From Octopus sinensis (Eukaryota), in the NCBI RefSeq assembly GCF_006345805.1, contig NC_043003.1:49786001-49850000 (forward strand): a stretch of DNA of 64,000 nucleotides. Reading direction: 5' to 3'. The notes below the pieces were generated by a model, which was not told the DNA's origin, did not search any database, and worked only from the letters and a program-made list of their open reading frames with translations. Made by a program: the position numbers and the translations under genes. Of this stretch, positions 25,618 through 39,923 are shown in pieces. Each line of letters begins with the position of its first letter. Position 1 is the stretch's first letter.

Positions 25618-26364
25618 TGCATGTAACAACATTGCAACAATGAAACGCGAACATAGATTAAAACAAAGAAAAATGCATGAAATCATCTATATGCACATAC
25701 ATACACGCACACACAAATACACACATGTGCACACGCGCATGCACACATTCAAGTAAAGACACAAACAGCCACACAAACAAACAAACAAACAAACATACAT
25801 TCATACAAACACATGTACATTCACACAAACGCACACACATATTCACACAAGCAAACATGCGCACACACGATAACAACAGCAACACCAATCAAAACATCAA
25901 GAAACCAAAACAGCATACATGCACATACATGCTATGACACACACACACACCACACACACACACACACAAGCAAGTACCAACACAAAACAGCTACGGACCA
26001 AACACACCAGTGCTCAAATGCCACGTACGGTAATGCAGTGTGAATTAAACTGCAAAAGTTGAACAATTCTACCAGCAAAAACCATGTGCATCAGAATAAT
26101 GCATCCGAACTGCGTGCTGTATGTAACAGAGATATTTTATATTTGGCTGTTCTGAACATCTCCTACACCTCAACAGCAGTTAAATAAAATAATATCACAG
26201 GAGAATATTATCTTTATTTCAGATGGCGGCTGTTCTCATTATTTTTCATTTCATTTAAAGATATTTTAAAACAAATGAAGTATATTGTCAGTCTTGTTCA
26301 TGTGTGTGTGTGTTTATGTCTCCCTCTCTTCTTTTATATATATATATGTATGTATGTATGTATG

Positions 26365-26395
<31 letters not shown>

Positions 26396-26424
26396 GTATG
26401 TATGTATATATGTATATAGATATT

Positions 26425-26455
<31 letters not shown>

Positions 26456-26589
26456 ATATATATATATACATATTATATATATATGTATGTATTAATATAT
26501 ATTTTATATTTATATATGTATGTATGTATGTATATATATATATATATATACATATTATATATATATATGTATGTATATATATATTATAT

Positions 26590-27910
26590 CTGGTTCCAGT
26601 ACCGGTGGCACACAAGAAAACCATCCGAAGTGGCCGTAGCTGGTACCGCATCGACTGGCCTCCGTGCTGTGGGCACAACAAACACCATCTGATCGTGGCC
26701 GTTCGCCACCTCACCTGGCACCTGTGTCGGTGGCACATAAAAACACCATCCAAAGACCCGGCGACGTAGTCAGTCCACCTGTGCATACCTTCCCTCTTAT
26801 GACACTTGTGAAGACCTGTTTGAGGCAGAGGCAAGTGTGTGACACACTTTGTGAAGACCTGTTGAGGCAGAGGCAAGTGTGTGACACTTGTGGAGACCTG
26901 TTGAGGCAAGTGTGTGACACGCGGGACACTTGTGAAGACCTGTTTGAGGCAAGTGAAAATCAAACCAAATCAAATAGATGAACATCATGGAATTGTATCT
27001 TTGTGGTCCAGTACCGGTGGCACACAAGGACAACGCGTGACACTGTGAAGACCTGTTGAGGCAAGTGAAAATCAAACCAAATCAAAATATGAACATCAAT
27101 GGAATTTGTATCTTTGTGGTTCCAGTACCGGTGGGCACACAAGAAAACCAATCCGATTGTGGCCGTTCGCCAGCCACATCTGGCCACCTGTGTCGGTGGC
27201 ACATAAAAAGACACCCATCCGAAGACCCGGCGACGTAGACAGTCCACCTGTGCATACCTCTTCTTGTGACACTTGTGAAGACCTGTTGAGGCAAGTTACA
27301 CTTGTGAAGAACCTGTTGAGGCAAGTGAAAAATCAAATCAAATCAAACAAATCAAAATAGATGAGCATAAATGGAATTTGTATCTTTGTGGTACCGTGGT
27401 GCCGGTGGCACCAAGAAATCATCCGAACGTGGGCCGTAGCCAGTACCAACCATAGACTGGCCTCCGTGCTTGGGGACGTAACAAACACCATCCATCGTGG
27501 CCGTCCGCCAGCCTCATCTGGCACCTGTGTCGGTGGCACATAAAAACCACCATCCGAGCGTGGCCGTTCTGCCAGCCTCGTCTGGCACCTGCCAGCCTCA
27601 TCTGGCACCTGTGTCGGTGGCACTAAAACACCATCCGAGCGTGGCGTCTGCCAGCCTCGTCTGGCACCTGTGTCGGTGGCACATAAAAACACCATCCGAG
27701 CGTGGCCGTTCGCCAGCCTCGTCTGGCACCTGTGTCGGTGGCACATAAAATCACCCACTACACTCTCGGAGTGGTTGGCGTTAGGAAGGGCATCAGCTGT
27801 AGAAACCTGCCAGATCTGCTGGCTGGTGCAGCCTTCGGCTCCCCAGACCCCAGTTGAACCGTCCCCCCATGCTAGCATGGAAAACGGACGCTAAATGATG
27901 ATGATGAGAT
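26590..27910 (+). repeat. RTE 3' UTR expanded into a hierarchical tandem array
   Basis: A unit of about 63 bp (ctggcacctgtgtcggtggcacataaaaacaccatccgagcgtggccgtt) sits within larger repeats. The array ends in the RTE tail and (GAT)n. A related minus copy lies at about 33065-33250. Confidence 0.85.
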
Positions 27911-27948
27911 GATATATATATATATATAATATATACATATATACATAC

Positions 27949-27998
<50 letters not shown>

Positions 27999-28140
27999 AT
28001 ATAATTATGTACATGTATATATATATGTACATGTTATATATATATATATATATTCACACACATATGCATATATACATACATACATACATACACATGTACG
28101 CATGCACACACACACAGACACACACATATGCATATACACA

Positions 28141-28492
28141 ATGACCTTCTTGTGTGCACAGTTTGTGACAACCATGCTTTTCTTTTGCTGGGCTCAAATC
28201 TCGTTAGCGAACCCATGGAAAATGAACCCCCACCAACTATTCTGCCTGTATGTCTGTGCACACCTTTCAATGCAATGTATACCAGAAGGCTTGCAAATCT
28301 AATGGAGGCTCAAAAGACATTTTAAGATCCGCAAAGACCAGAACTTATCTGCAGCTCTTGGTGGTCCACATCAGATATGCAATCTATGTGGGTGTCTTTT
28401 CAAAACATTGTCTGGCTTAAATAGCTATATCAGACGCCATGATGGTTCTAAGGCATGGGTACAGGTTGTAGCCAAACTCTGCATAAGGAGTG

Positions 28493-28497
<5 letters not shown>
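28141..28497 (+). pseudogene. Three decayed C2H2 zinc fingers, probably an RTE ORF2 C-terminus
   Basis: CTVCD...FAGLKSR*RTH; FQCNVYQKACKSNGGSKRHFKIR; ICNLCGCLFKTLSGLNSYIRRH, with frameshifts. Confidence 0.7.
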
Positions 28498-28531
<34 letters not shown>

Positions 28532-28766
28532 TACATACACACACACACACATATATATTATATATATATATTATATATAATATATATGCACATATATACA
28601 TATCTAAGTATATATATACATACATACACACACATATATATTATGTAATACTATATACCTATATATGTACTTATATACATATTATGCATATGTGTGTGTG
28701 TGTGGTGTATGTATGTACATGTGTGCATGTGTGTGGGTGTATCTTGAAACAGATGTATAAAACTTT

Positions 28767-28817
28767 AAGTTTATTACGACTGCTAGTTTCACTCTGCAAA
28801 TCGTCAGAAAATAACTT
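28767..28817 (-). ncRNA. Type I hammerhead motif with GUC site
   Basis: aagttatttt-CTGACGA-tttgcagagt-GAAA-ctagcag-TC-gtaataaactt. Stem II is weak. Confidence 0.65.
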
Positions 28818-28925
28818 TGACATACCTTCATTCTTTGAATGCTATTATAACAATGAAGAGAATGTTTATTTCAAATTATTCATGTAGTATCTATTTATTT
28901 CTCCATTTCCCTCTCTCTATGTGTG

Positions 28926-28977
<52 letters not shown>

Positions 28978-29468
28978 TGTGTTATATATGCACACACACA
29001 CACATCTCTGTGTATAGTATATATTATATTATTTTTGTTCTTTCTGTTTTTAGGTATAAACAGCTGAAAGCTTGTTTATGCAAATATATTCTTTTCCCAT
29101 TTCTAGTCTAATGTAACATATATAAATTCTAAATGAAGAGATAATAAAATTTTAAAAATTATAATACGTAAGCAGTTAAATTAAGAGAATGTACAATTCT
29201 TAAGACCCTTATTAATATAGTATGTGTTTTTTCAACTTAAAAAGGTCAAAACATTAATGTTGATAGCATATAGTTGTCTACCTTTGATATTAATTTTATG
29301 ATTGCAAAGACTAGCTTTAAATGAAAACCATGCTCTTTTCCTGTATCTTTACTACATATATGTATATATATGTGTGTGTGTGTGTGTATCTTTATATATA
29401 TGTATGTATGTACAAATATATATAGATACCCATATAGCTGTGTATGCACACATATATGTATACATGTA

Positions 29469-29506
<38 letters not shown>

Positions 29507-30405
29507 ATGAGAGGGATAGATAGATAAATAGATAGACAGACACACAGACAGACAGACAGATAGATAGACAGACAGACAAACAGACAGACAGACAGCAATG
29601 ATGCTGCAGGAAGTGTTACTGCTGTCTTTTCATTTGTTGCTGATCTTTGAAACTGCATAAACATATATTATGCATATATATGACATAAAATTTTAAAATT
29701 GAAAAACACATATGCATATTAATAAGGATTTTAAGGAGAGAGTGCCTTCCTTTATAAGATTCAGAGATTTCTTAGCTCTCTTTAAATTTAGAGATATATT
29801 GCACATTTGAATACACAAGAAATGGGAAAAACAAAAAAAAAAAATGATGTATATAAATGTGCTCTCAACTGCTTAAATTTAAGAAAAATATAACCTGTGT
29901 ATAGAAATGCAAACATAAATTCAGATATGGATAATTCATGAATGAAACTGAAATAACCTTTCTCCTCCATTATTTCAACATTCATAGATTTAAGGAGGAT
30001 TAATATCATGTAGATATGAAGTGGTAGGGAGCCTAGCCGTCAAAATGAAATTGATGGTTTAAATTCAGCATTTAAATGAAGGAATTAAATGTTACATTTC
30101 CGTATTAAGTTCCCTAGAACATAAAATTATTTAAACACATATGTGTGTATATTTATAAGTAAGGGACTGCAAAGTTTAATAGGTAATTTTCCGATACCTC
30201 TGTTAAATTTTTGCTCTATCTACAGTATTGAGGTCTCATTCTTAGAAATACATATATATATATATAGTAAGCAATAAAGGGTTTAGCAACGAATTGCCTT
30301 ACCACATACCGAATTTAGAAATAGCAGTCAAAAGGTTATAGCTATTTCTTCTACTAAAAAGGGAGATCTCAGTAAAAACAGCAATTGGAAGGCAGACACA
30401 AACAG

Positions 30406-30446
<41 letters not shown>

Positions 30447-30919
30447 ATGCACAAACATGCTCCAGCATGGACACAATTCTTTAGCTGAAGCAAAAATTAA
30501 AACATATTTATGTGTGTGAGTATGTGTTTATATATGTATGTGTTTGCGTGTGCATAGATATATATGTACAATATGTATAATAAAGGTGCATGGCTTAGTG
30601 GTTAGAACATTTGGCTCATAGTCATAAGGTCATGAGTTCAATTTCCAGCAAAGCATTGTGTTCTTGAGCAAGACTCTTTATTTCACATTGCTCCAGTCCA
30701 TTCAGCTGGCAAAAATGAGTTGTATCTGTATTTCAAAGGGTCAGCCTTGTCGCATTTGTGTCACGTTGAATCTCCCTGAGAACTTCATTAAGGATACACA
30801 TGTCTGTGGAGTGCTTAGCCACTTGCACCTTAATTTCACAAGCAGGCAGTTCTGTTGATTGGATCAACTGGGACCCTTGATGTCATAACCAACAGAATGC
30901 CAGTAGTGAATATACATGT

Positions 30920-30972
<53 letters not shown>

Positions 30973-30974
30973 CT

Positions 30975-31730
30975 CCAGCATGGCTGTGTGGTAAGAAGCT
31001 TGATTCCTAATAACATGGTTTTGGGTTCAGTCCCACTGCATAGCACCTTGGTGAAGTGTCTTCTGTTATAGCCTTGGGACAACCAAAGCCTTGTGAGTGG
31101 ACTTGGGAAATGGAAACTAAAAGAAGCCTGTTGTATATATGTGTGTGCGTCTTTGTGTTTATCTCTCCACCACTACTTGACAACCAGTGCTGGTGCATTT
31201 ACGGTTCAGCAAAAGAGTCTAATGGAGTCCAGGGGGTTGATACATTTGGATAAAAATTCTTCAGCATTGTCATGGTCAAATGACTGAAATAAGTAAAAAA
31301 TAAAAGTTGTGTATATATATATATATATATATATTCTTTTATTTGCTTCGGTCATTTGATTGCAGCCATGCTGGAGCACCACCTTCAGTTGAACAAAGCG
31401 ATCCCAGGATTTACTCTTTGTAAGCACGTACTTATTATATTGGTCACTTTTTGCTGAACTGCTAAGTTATGAGGACATAAACACACCAACATTGGTTGTC
31501 AAGCAATGACAGATGGGGGGACAAACACAGACACACAAATACATTCACCACACACAATATATATATACAATAGGCCTCTTTCAGTTTCCATCAACGAAAT
31601 CCATTCACAAGGCTTTGGTTAGCCCACAGCTATAGTAGAAGACACCTGCCCAAGGTGCCATACAGTGGGACTGAATCTAGATCCATGTGATTGGTAAGCA
31701 AGCTACTTATCACACAGCCACTCCTGCACC
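30975..31730. mobile_element. Tail-to-tail SINE A pair (plus 30975-31300, minus 31335-31730)
   Basis: Two opposite-strand copies separated by a short TA tract. Confidence 0.85.
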
Positions 31731-32016
31731 TATCTATCTATTTATCTCTCTCTCTCTCTCTCTCTCTCTCCTTCTCTCTCTCTCTATATATATACTTATG
31801 CTTGTTTGCTCATATAAATAAGGCTTTCACATACTAAAATGCAAAAGTACATAATACCTAATGCTTCAGAAGGGTTTGTAAAACATATATGTTGGTTTAG
31901 TTATAAGTGCACAGAATTATAATTCTGTTTCAACCCCTGAGGGTCTTTTGCAAATTAAAATATTGAAGTATGTATTAGGACTGAAAAGGTAAGAGAGAAT
32001 ATAATGAAGGCAGGAA

Positions 32017-32048
<32 letters not shown>

Positions 32049-32754
32049 GTGTTTTGATGATTCAAGTGGTGACGTGGTGGAGGAAAGCTTTCCAGCAAGA
32101 GAATCTGCAAAATTTGTTGGAGGATATAGGAAAATTGCAAAGACTTGAATATTGGCTTTAAATAGAGTTTGAAATTACGTCTTCTCAAATGAAAAAGTGG
32201 TCTATATAAAGTGTGCATTAAGGGCTGACCATGGTCGTGTGAATTGAAACTAATATACTGATAAAAATATGGGTTGTCAGAGAAATAGACAAAGGTCTTA
32301 ATATGTATAGAGAATTGTTGTACTCGTAGTTATAATTGTACCAAGTTAATAATAGGTTTTCTTTAGAATATTGAGGAAAGTAAAATTTAGAATGTTCTAG
32401 AAATTGAATGCAGTAGAACTAGAGAATGAGGAAAGGAGTGGTGGGGGAAAAAATATTTTGAGTTACACAAATTATGAGGTCTATAAATGAATGTACATTC
32501 ACATATATATAGATATGAATTATGTCTGTTTAAAATGTATATTCATCTGAATATATATTCATACATGTATCTACACATTTTTCAAATAGACATTTATACG
32601 TAATTATATGTACAAAGCCATGTAGTTATACTCATACACACACACACATATATGTACACACACACACACATTGATAGATTGATAGATAGATAGATAGGTA
32701 GGTAGGTAGGAAGGTTGGTAGGTAGGTAGGTAGTTAGGTAGGTAGGTAGTTAGG

Positions 32755-32855
<101 letters not shown>

Positions 32856-33348
32856 GGGTATAGATTTATGAATTTGTGTGAATTTTTGTTGCTGCATGGT
32901 TCCTGATGTAAAATATTGTTATATTCGGGATGGTCATTTTCCCCTTTTTTGTCAAATAAACACTTGCATTATACATTTGTTCTTCACTTGTTTATTACTG
33001 TTCTGTTTTTATTAAAAAAAAAAATAACAGTAATAAACAGTCTTGTTTTTTTCATTATTTAATCTGATATGAAAGAGTTTCTACAGCTTGATGGCCTTCC
33101 TAACACCAACCACGCTGAGAGTGCAGTGGGTGGTTTTTACATGCCACCGGCACAAAGGTCAGTCAAGCGGTACTGGCATTGACCATGCTCAAATGGTGTT
33201 TTTTACATGCCACCAGCACAGGAGCCAGTCAGGTGGCACTGGCAACGATGTGTGTGTTTATTTGGCAAAAAAAAAGGAAAATGACCGCCCCGAAATATAA
33301 TGGTATGGATATAGATATATACATATGTTTTTATGTGTGTGTGTGCAC

Positions 33349-33383
<35 letters not shown>

Positions 33384-33447
33384 AGAATTTTTTGGTTAAT
33401 GAGATAAAACCAAGGTTGTGTAGATATTAGAACAATTATAGATAGAA

Positions 33448-33501
33448 GCTCTTACAGCTGTTTCCATGATATTCATTAATTATATCCCTTCATCAGAGAT
33501 G
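33448..33501 (-). ncRNA. Type I hammerhead motif with a degenerate stem II base
   Basis: tct-CTGATGA-agg gatat aattaatga atatc atg-GAAA-cagctg-TA-aga. Stem III is the palindrome ACAGCUGU. Confidence 0.6.
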
Positions 33502-33784
33502 GTGTGAGAAGATGGTTAAGTAATAATTAATTTAAATGGGATACAAAACAGAGAGTGAGGTGGAGGAAAGAAAATAGATGTGAGATATATAGGGATATTG
33601 AATTTGTAGATCCATTATTTTAGGCAGAATGGTATATATGTAAGATTCCAATACCTTATGAGAAAAATCCAACAGCATTTAAAATTGTTCATTCATATAT
33701 ATAATATATATATATTAAAACAGAAAAGTGGAAAAATTTTTGCCATAATTTATTTTGTATTACATCTTTCATTACCAACTGGTA

Positions 33785-33889
33785 ATTCCTGGTCTGATGA
33801 ATTACTATAGTAGGAGAATTTTTACATGTCTTTCTACTTGTTTTACCTATGTAACTCCTGTTGGTAATGAAACATATGTAACATGGAAT
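33785..33889 (+). ncRNA. Type I hammerhead motif with a long stem II
   Basis: attcctggt-CTGATGA-attac...taggag...ttacat...atgtaa ctcctg...gtaat-GAAA-catatg-TA-acatggaat. Confidence 0.72.
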
Positions 33890-34083
33890 AAATAATGCAG
33901 AAAGTATTTACCAGTTTTCTGTTTTAATAAGTAATAACTCTGTAATAAATGTTTGCCAGTATTTTACAGAATTTTCAACTCTCATATAAAATATGACATC
34001 TATGAATATTCTTTGGAGTACTGGATTATGCAGATGTGCTTCATGTGGACAGAGCTTGGATTATAACCCAATCTATATACTGT

Positions 34084-34121
<38 letters not shown>

Positions 34122-34954
34122 GATGATGATGATATATATACAGATATATATATCATCATCATCGTCATTTGACATCCATTTTCCATGCTGCCATGGGTTG
34201 GACAGTTTGGCCGTAGCTGGTCAGCTGGAGAGTTACCCAGGCTCTATGTCTGTTTTGGAATGTTTGCTACAGTCAGATATCCTTCCTAACACCACAAAAT
34301 GCATACACACACACACACACACCACACACACACACCACACACACACACATATGAGAGAGAGAGAAACAATTGTGCAGATAAATTAGATATATTAAGTATA
34401 ACATACTAGTTTAGGTATAAAACACAAAATAAGTATATATATATATACATTCAAAATGATAGACAACAAAAGTGGAGACTTTCAGACAATGAATATTTAA
34501 GTACAAATATATAGACATTTACATTAATAGATCCAACTTATGCAGAGTACAAACAACAGAAAATTTAAATAATTTGGGCTTATCAATATAAATATCTATA
34601 TATTTGTACTTAAACATTCATCGTCTAAAAGTCATCTTTTTCTTTCTCATTTTGCATGTATACACATATATATACCCAAACTATTATGTTATATTTAATG
34701 TATCTAATTCATTTATTTCCATAATTGCCACTATATCCACTCAACTTGATCCCTCATAGCCATTCTTTATCTTGTGGAATGATCCCCTGGAATGAGATCA
34801 GAATCTAAGTTTGAATCTCTTTTGAGCCACACTAAGTGTCTTCTATATGGAGAATCACTGGATTTCATCTGTGGACTGTATATATATATAAAATATATAT
34901 ATGTATGTATATAAACATATATATATAAACATACATATATAAACATATATATAT

Positions 34955-35085
34955 ATTATTCTTTAACAAGAATAGTGTCTTTGAAGTTTCAGCCTGATAA
35001 GCCATCATCAGAAAGTCCAATGATGGCTTAGCTTGGCTGAAACTTCAAAGTCACTATCAATACAATTCTCATTAAGAATAATATA
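34955..35085. repeat. Small foldback with a minimal hammerhead-like motif (34978-35016, minus)
   Basis: acttt-CTGATGA-tggcttatcaggct-GAAA-ct-TC-aaaga. The mirror arm supplies aaagt. Confidence 0.55.
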
Positions 35086-35408
35086 TTTGTACTCTCCCAA
35101 ATACATTGAGTAATCCCTAGGTTTAATGCAAAATTGTTTTTATTATAACATAAAAACAAACATAAATACATACATATATAAACATGTACATATATATATT
35201 ACTTTGCTAGACTCATCACATTTTTTTCCTTTTACCTCTTATTTTCCATTCCCCGCTCCCTATTGGGTTCCCATCTTCAATTTTTACTCCCCTAGATAAT
35301 CATACTATCTGTGCTTTTTCATCCGTGATTGCCTTCACCTGCCAACTGTCAATAACCACAAATGCCAATTACCTAGCCTTACATGTAAGTAATCACCACG
35401 GCTATTTC

Positions 35409-35458
35409 ACTCACTGATGAATTTATCATGAAAGTAAAAGAAATAGTCTTGTAAGAGT
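35409..35458 (+). ncRNA. Decayed hammerhead-like motif of the 10651 family
   Basis: actca-CTGATGA-...-GAAA-tagtcttg-TA-agagt. The downstream flank aaataaattact...attgagtaccttatt is shared with the 10651 element. Confidence 0.4.
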
Positions 35459-35784
35459 AACTTTGCATTAAATAAATTACTGCCTACTGGATTCATTGAG
35501 TACCTTATTTAAATTATGATTCCTTCCATTCCTAGAATCATTAACAACAATTAAATGTAATATAAATCAAAGACATGGAGACACAAGCACACAAACATAT
35601 ATGTAGTTAAGAAGCTTGTGACCACTTGATTTCAGATTCAGCTTGATGGCATGGCACCTTGGGTCAGCAATGCCTGTGAGTGATGGCAACTGTATGGAAG
35701 CTTGCCATGTATATATATGTGTGTGTGTGAGTCTATATGTATCATTGCATCTGTGTTTGTCCCCACCACCACCACCACCTTGTG

Positions 35785-36640
35785 ATTTTAATTCATTCCT
35801 GAAGGCTGTTCATCCCCTGAAATGTTCGTAAACATAAACTATTTTTCCAATAGAAAATTCAATTGATTCTCCCAGCTTGTCACCAACTGTTGTTGTCAGC
35901 TTGCATGCTCATTACATGAGACACTGTTCATCACCAGAGGCATTTTATGTTGGAAACTGATTTGTTTGTGATAGGAGGCATTTGTAGACTGAGGTTCCAC
36001 TGTATATCCAGTTCCCAAGAAAGACAACTCCTGTGACCCAGTCAACTATAATCTTATTACACTTACTTTTACTATTCCTACAGTAATAGAAACAAATAGT
36101 AACAATATTCTCAAAAACTCTCTCTTTTCTCATGACTATGAGTATGTTTTCTATAGAGCCACATCCACCAGAGACCTACTCTCTTATATTACTCACCAGT
36201 GGGCTCTTACTTTAGAGAGAGAGAGAGTCAATGAAAACAGTGTTGTTGCCCTAGACACTAGCAAACCCTTCTACTGTGTCTGGCATATAAATCTCCTCTC
36301 AAGACCTCTAACCTTGATCTATGAATTTAATTCATTCCTGAAAGCCATTCATCACCTGAAATGTTCATAAACTAAAACTATTTTTTCTCATGGGAATTCA
36401 AGACAATGCACAGTGAATTTGAGCAGGGATGTAAAATGAACAAAAGCTAGACAGCAACTGACACTCTCTTGCTGAAGTTTGCAGCTTGTCACCAACTGTT
36501 GTTGCCAGCTTGTGTGTTCATTACTTGAAATACCAGTCATCACCTGAGACAGCTTATGTTAAAAAACTATTCATGAACCAATTTGTTTATGATGTGAGAC
36601 ATTCATAAAATGAAGTTCTATTGTAACCATATACACACAC
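35785..36640. mobile_element. Two related DNA-transposon-like end fragments (possibly mariner) flanking a LINE RT fragment at 36130-36310 (+)
   Basis: Duplicated block attcattcctgaa...cagcttgtcaccaactgttgttg. The RT piece reads EYVFYRATSTRDLLSYITHQW...VVALDTSKPFYCVWH. Confidence 0.6.
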
Positions 36641-38082
36641 ACATAAGCATGTAAATAGATCTCTTTATCAAAAAGTTCCAAATTTTGGAGAATGTTTTAT
36701 TCCAGTTTGTTAATTCTGACATTTATATTATCATGCATGCAAGGAAATCTTTGCTAATTTGTGATAATCCTTTTGAGTTAAATGTAGTGTTCAGTGATTG
36801 TTTTATGTACATAGATACGGGTATTGCATGATGCTACTGTGGTTTGTGATTTGATTAGGTTGTGCAATTTAGACATCACAAGAAATAATGACCAGCAGAG
36901 TTTAGTCTTCACTACGATCATTGACAACTCATTTTGTGTAGTTTGAATGAGGTATAGATGCTGTTAGAAAGGAGTTTAACATTTAAAAGATCACAGTAGA
37001 TATGAATCTTAGTGATAGTTGATTTCAAAGGTAATACAACAGATTTAGGAGAAATTTCAATATATTAATATTAATATGAATTACTTGAATTCTGACCATT
37101 GCAGCTTAATCCAATAATCATTAAAAACTTAGTTAATAACATTAGTTAGCATGTATCTAGCTTATCCTCTGATGAGAAATCTTTTAAACATGCAGCTCAT
37201 TATAAGAACACATTAAAAGATAGGGGATTCAGAAATGGATTACATTACATATAGAATACTAATATTCTTAAACATGGAAATAAGAAACGAAATATTTATG
37301 TGGTTTAGTCCACCTTGTGGTTAAAATTATCCTTCTAATCTTGAGAAGATTTTCCCAAAATTAGCATTTTCCACAGACCACTAGTATCATAAGGGATTCA
37401 ATAAAAAGGAAATTATTGTGGCATCAGAACTTCACTGCTTCCAATGCTTTTATAAACAAATAAATAACATAGTATGAACATGCAAAATTCTCATAGTCTA
37501 ATTGCAAGAACCGTATTGCGGATTAGAATAAAAACAAAATGTTATATAAAAATTTTTAAAAATCCATTAAAAATATTTTTTGCAGCGTATGTGTACATTT
37601 AGATCATGTATAAAAACAGAACATTATTTCACTATTGCAATACATCTGGAGTTTTAAAAAATGATAATAATCCCATTTACAAAATAAGTTTGTCTGATAT
37701 TGAATACACAATCCCCAGGTTATGTTAATAGTTCCACAAGATGTGATTACTATATCTTGGAGAAGTATAACATTCTATTATAGGTTACTGCAATTTTGAG
37801 GAAAATATCAGAACTAGTGATCTCTTGCAGACACTTTCATTGCTTTCTATTAAGGAACAGGATAAAATATTTTATGTTCTGTTTAATGGATTTGTTATAC
37901 ATAGTCATATAAATAAAAACACTTACTTATTCATGAATACTAAATGTACATTAAGCACAGCCTCCTCCTTTGGTTATGTGTGCTTTTATATGTGGGATGC
38001 TGAAAGCATAAAACACATTTTTCTTGCGTACGAAAAAGTTGTTGCAAGTGTGACACATGTTCTAGTATGTTTTGTCAACCAA

Positions 38083-38147
<65 letters not shown>

Positions 38148-38160
38148 CATATACATATAT

Positions 38161-38194
<34 letters not shown>

Positions 38195-38201
38195 CATACA
38201 T

Positions 38202-38235
<34 letters not shown>

Positions 38236-38241
<6 letters not shown>

Positions 38242-38515
38242 ATATTTCGGAATGGTCATATTGCCAGTTTAGCCAATAAAAACACACGCACTATATATTT
38301 GGTGTTATTTTGCTTCAGTGATATTATTTTTTACATTAATCTTAATCTTATTTCGGCCAAAGTTCTTTCGTCACACTCCTGTGACCGCATCAGTGGTCCT
38401 TTGTTTTCTTCTCACTTTTTATTGGCTAAACTGGCAATATGACCATTCCGAAATATAACAATATCTGTTTCAACACACGACTTCACATAAAAAATCTTGC
38501 ACAACAAATATTTAA
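38236..38515 (-). repeat. Second copy of the 12916 family; hammerhead-like motif at 38355-38399 (-) with a shorter inverted arm
   Basis: ggacca-CTGATGC-g-gtcacaggagtgtgac-GAAA-gaac-TT-tggcc. The arm 38416-38463 mirrors about 38236-38283. Confidence 0.8.
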
Positions 38516-38517
38516 AC

Positions 38518-38560
<43 letters not shown>

Positions 38561-38709
38561 ATTCATTTGGCATTAGAAATTTTTTCGTTTGCCCTTATTT
38601 ATGAATTGTTTATTAATTTAACCTTAAAAGGCATTTTTTAATATGCTGGCCATTGATAAAATTTTTTTTTAAATAATTTTTTTCGAAAAAAATTTTATCC
38701 TACTTTAGA

Positions 38710-38756
<47 letters not shown>

Positions 38757-39226
38757 GTATGTATATGTATGTATATGTATGTATATGTATGTATATGTAT
38801 GTATGTGTGTATGTACGTACGTATTTACACACACACATACAGATATCTAGCTATATACATGCATATATTCCATTTGTCCTATGAATGCATGGAAAAAAGT
38901 ATGATGATAATTATATATATATATATATAATGAACTCTCTCATGATTAGACAATATCTACGGGTTCCGCAATTTCTTGCTGAACAATCACATTGACGATT
39001 TGCTTATATTGATCAAATGTTTGTGTACACATAAGCTCACTCCCACTCAAATTGACATTACCTGTTCAGGTGCAACAGGATGCCACATGTCAAATGATGG
39101 AATGATTGCAGAGCAATGTGAAATGAAGTGCTTTGCTCAAGAACATAATGCAATGCCCAGTCTAGGAATTGAACACACGATCTCGCAGTTATGAGTGTAA
39201 CACCCTAACCACTAAACCATGTGCCA

Positions 39227-39266
<40 letters not shown>

Positions 39267-39357
39267 CCATCCATACATCCATCCATCCATCCACCCATAC
39301 ATCCATACATACATACATCCATACATACATGCATACATGCATACATACATACATACA

Positions 39358-39389
<32 letters not shown>

Positions 39390-39870
39390 CATACATACAT
39401 ACATACATATAGCTACAGAGACCATGCCAAATCTGACAGTAGAATTCAGTTCAGTCAAACAAATCAACCCATGACAGCATGGAAAAACAGACATTAAATA
39501 ATGGTGATGATGATGTGTATACATAATTCATTTCCTTATGATTCGTGCAATGATGAGTAGTACAAGAACTACCTACTACCAGCATCCAATACCCCTACCA
39601 TCATTCTCATCACTCTAATTTACCTGTTTTACCTCTCATAAATATATGTATAATAAACTTCATCAGACGTATTCAATACACTCTCTCTTAAGCCCTTCTG
39701 CACTGCCAGACATCACTCACTCTCCCCTGGGCTGCTTCTAATATCATCCATTGCTTACTCTCACCATTGTGCAACACTAAAATTACCCATCGTTCTCTCA
39801 CCTTAATTGTTGCCTTTCTGCCGTTAGCCTCTTGCTCTTTCACTGACTCATCCTGGCTCTTCTGCTATTA

Positions 39871-39923
<53 letters not shown>

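Noticed and set aside
30336-30376. Hammerhead-like motif with palindromic AUAGCUAU
   Set aside because: The core is one nucleotide short (CUGAGA) and stem I does not pair; at best a decayed copy.
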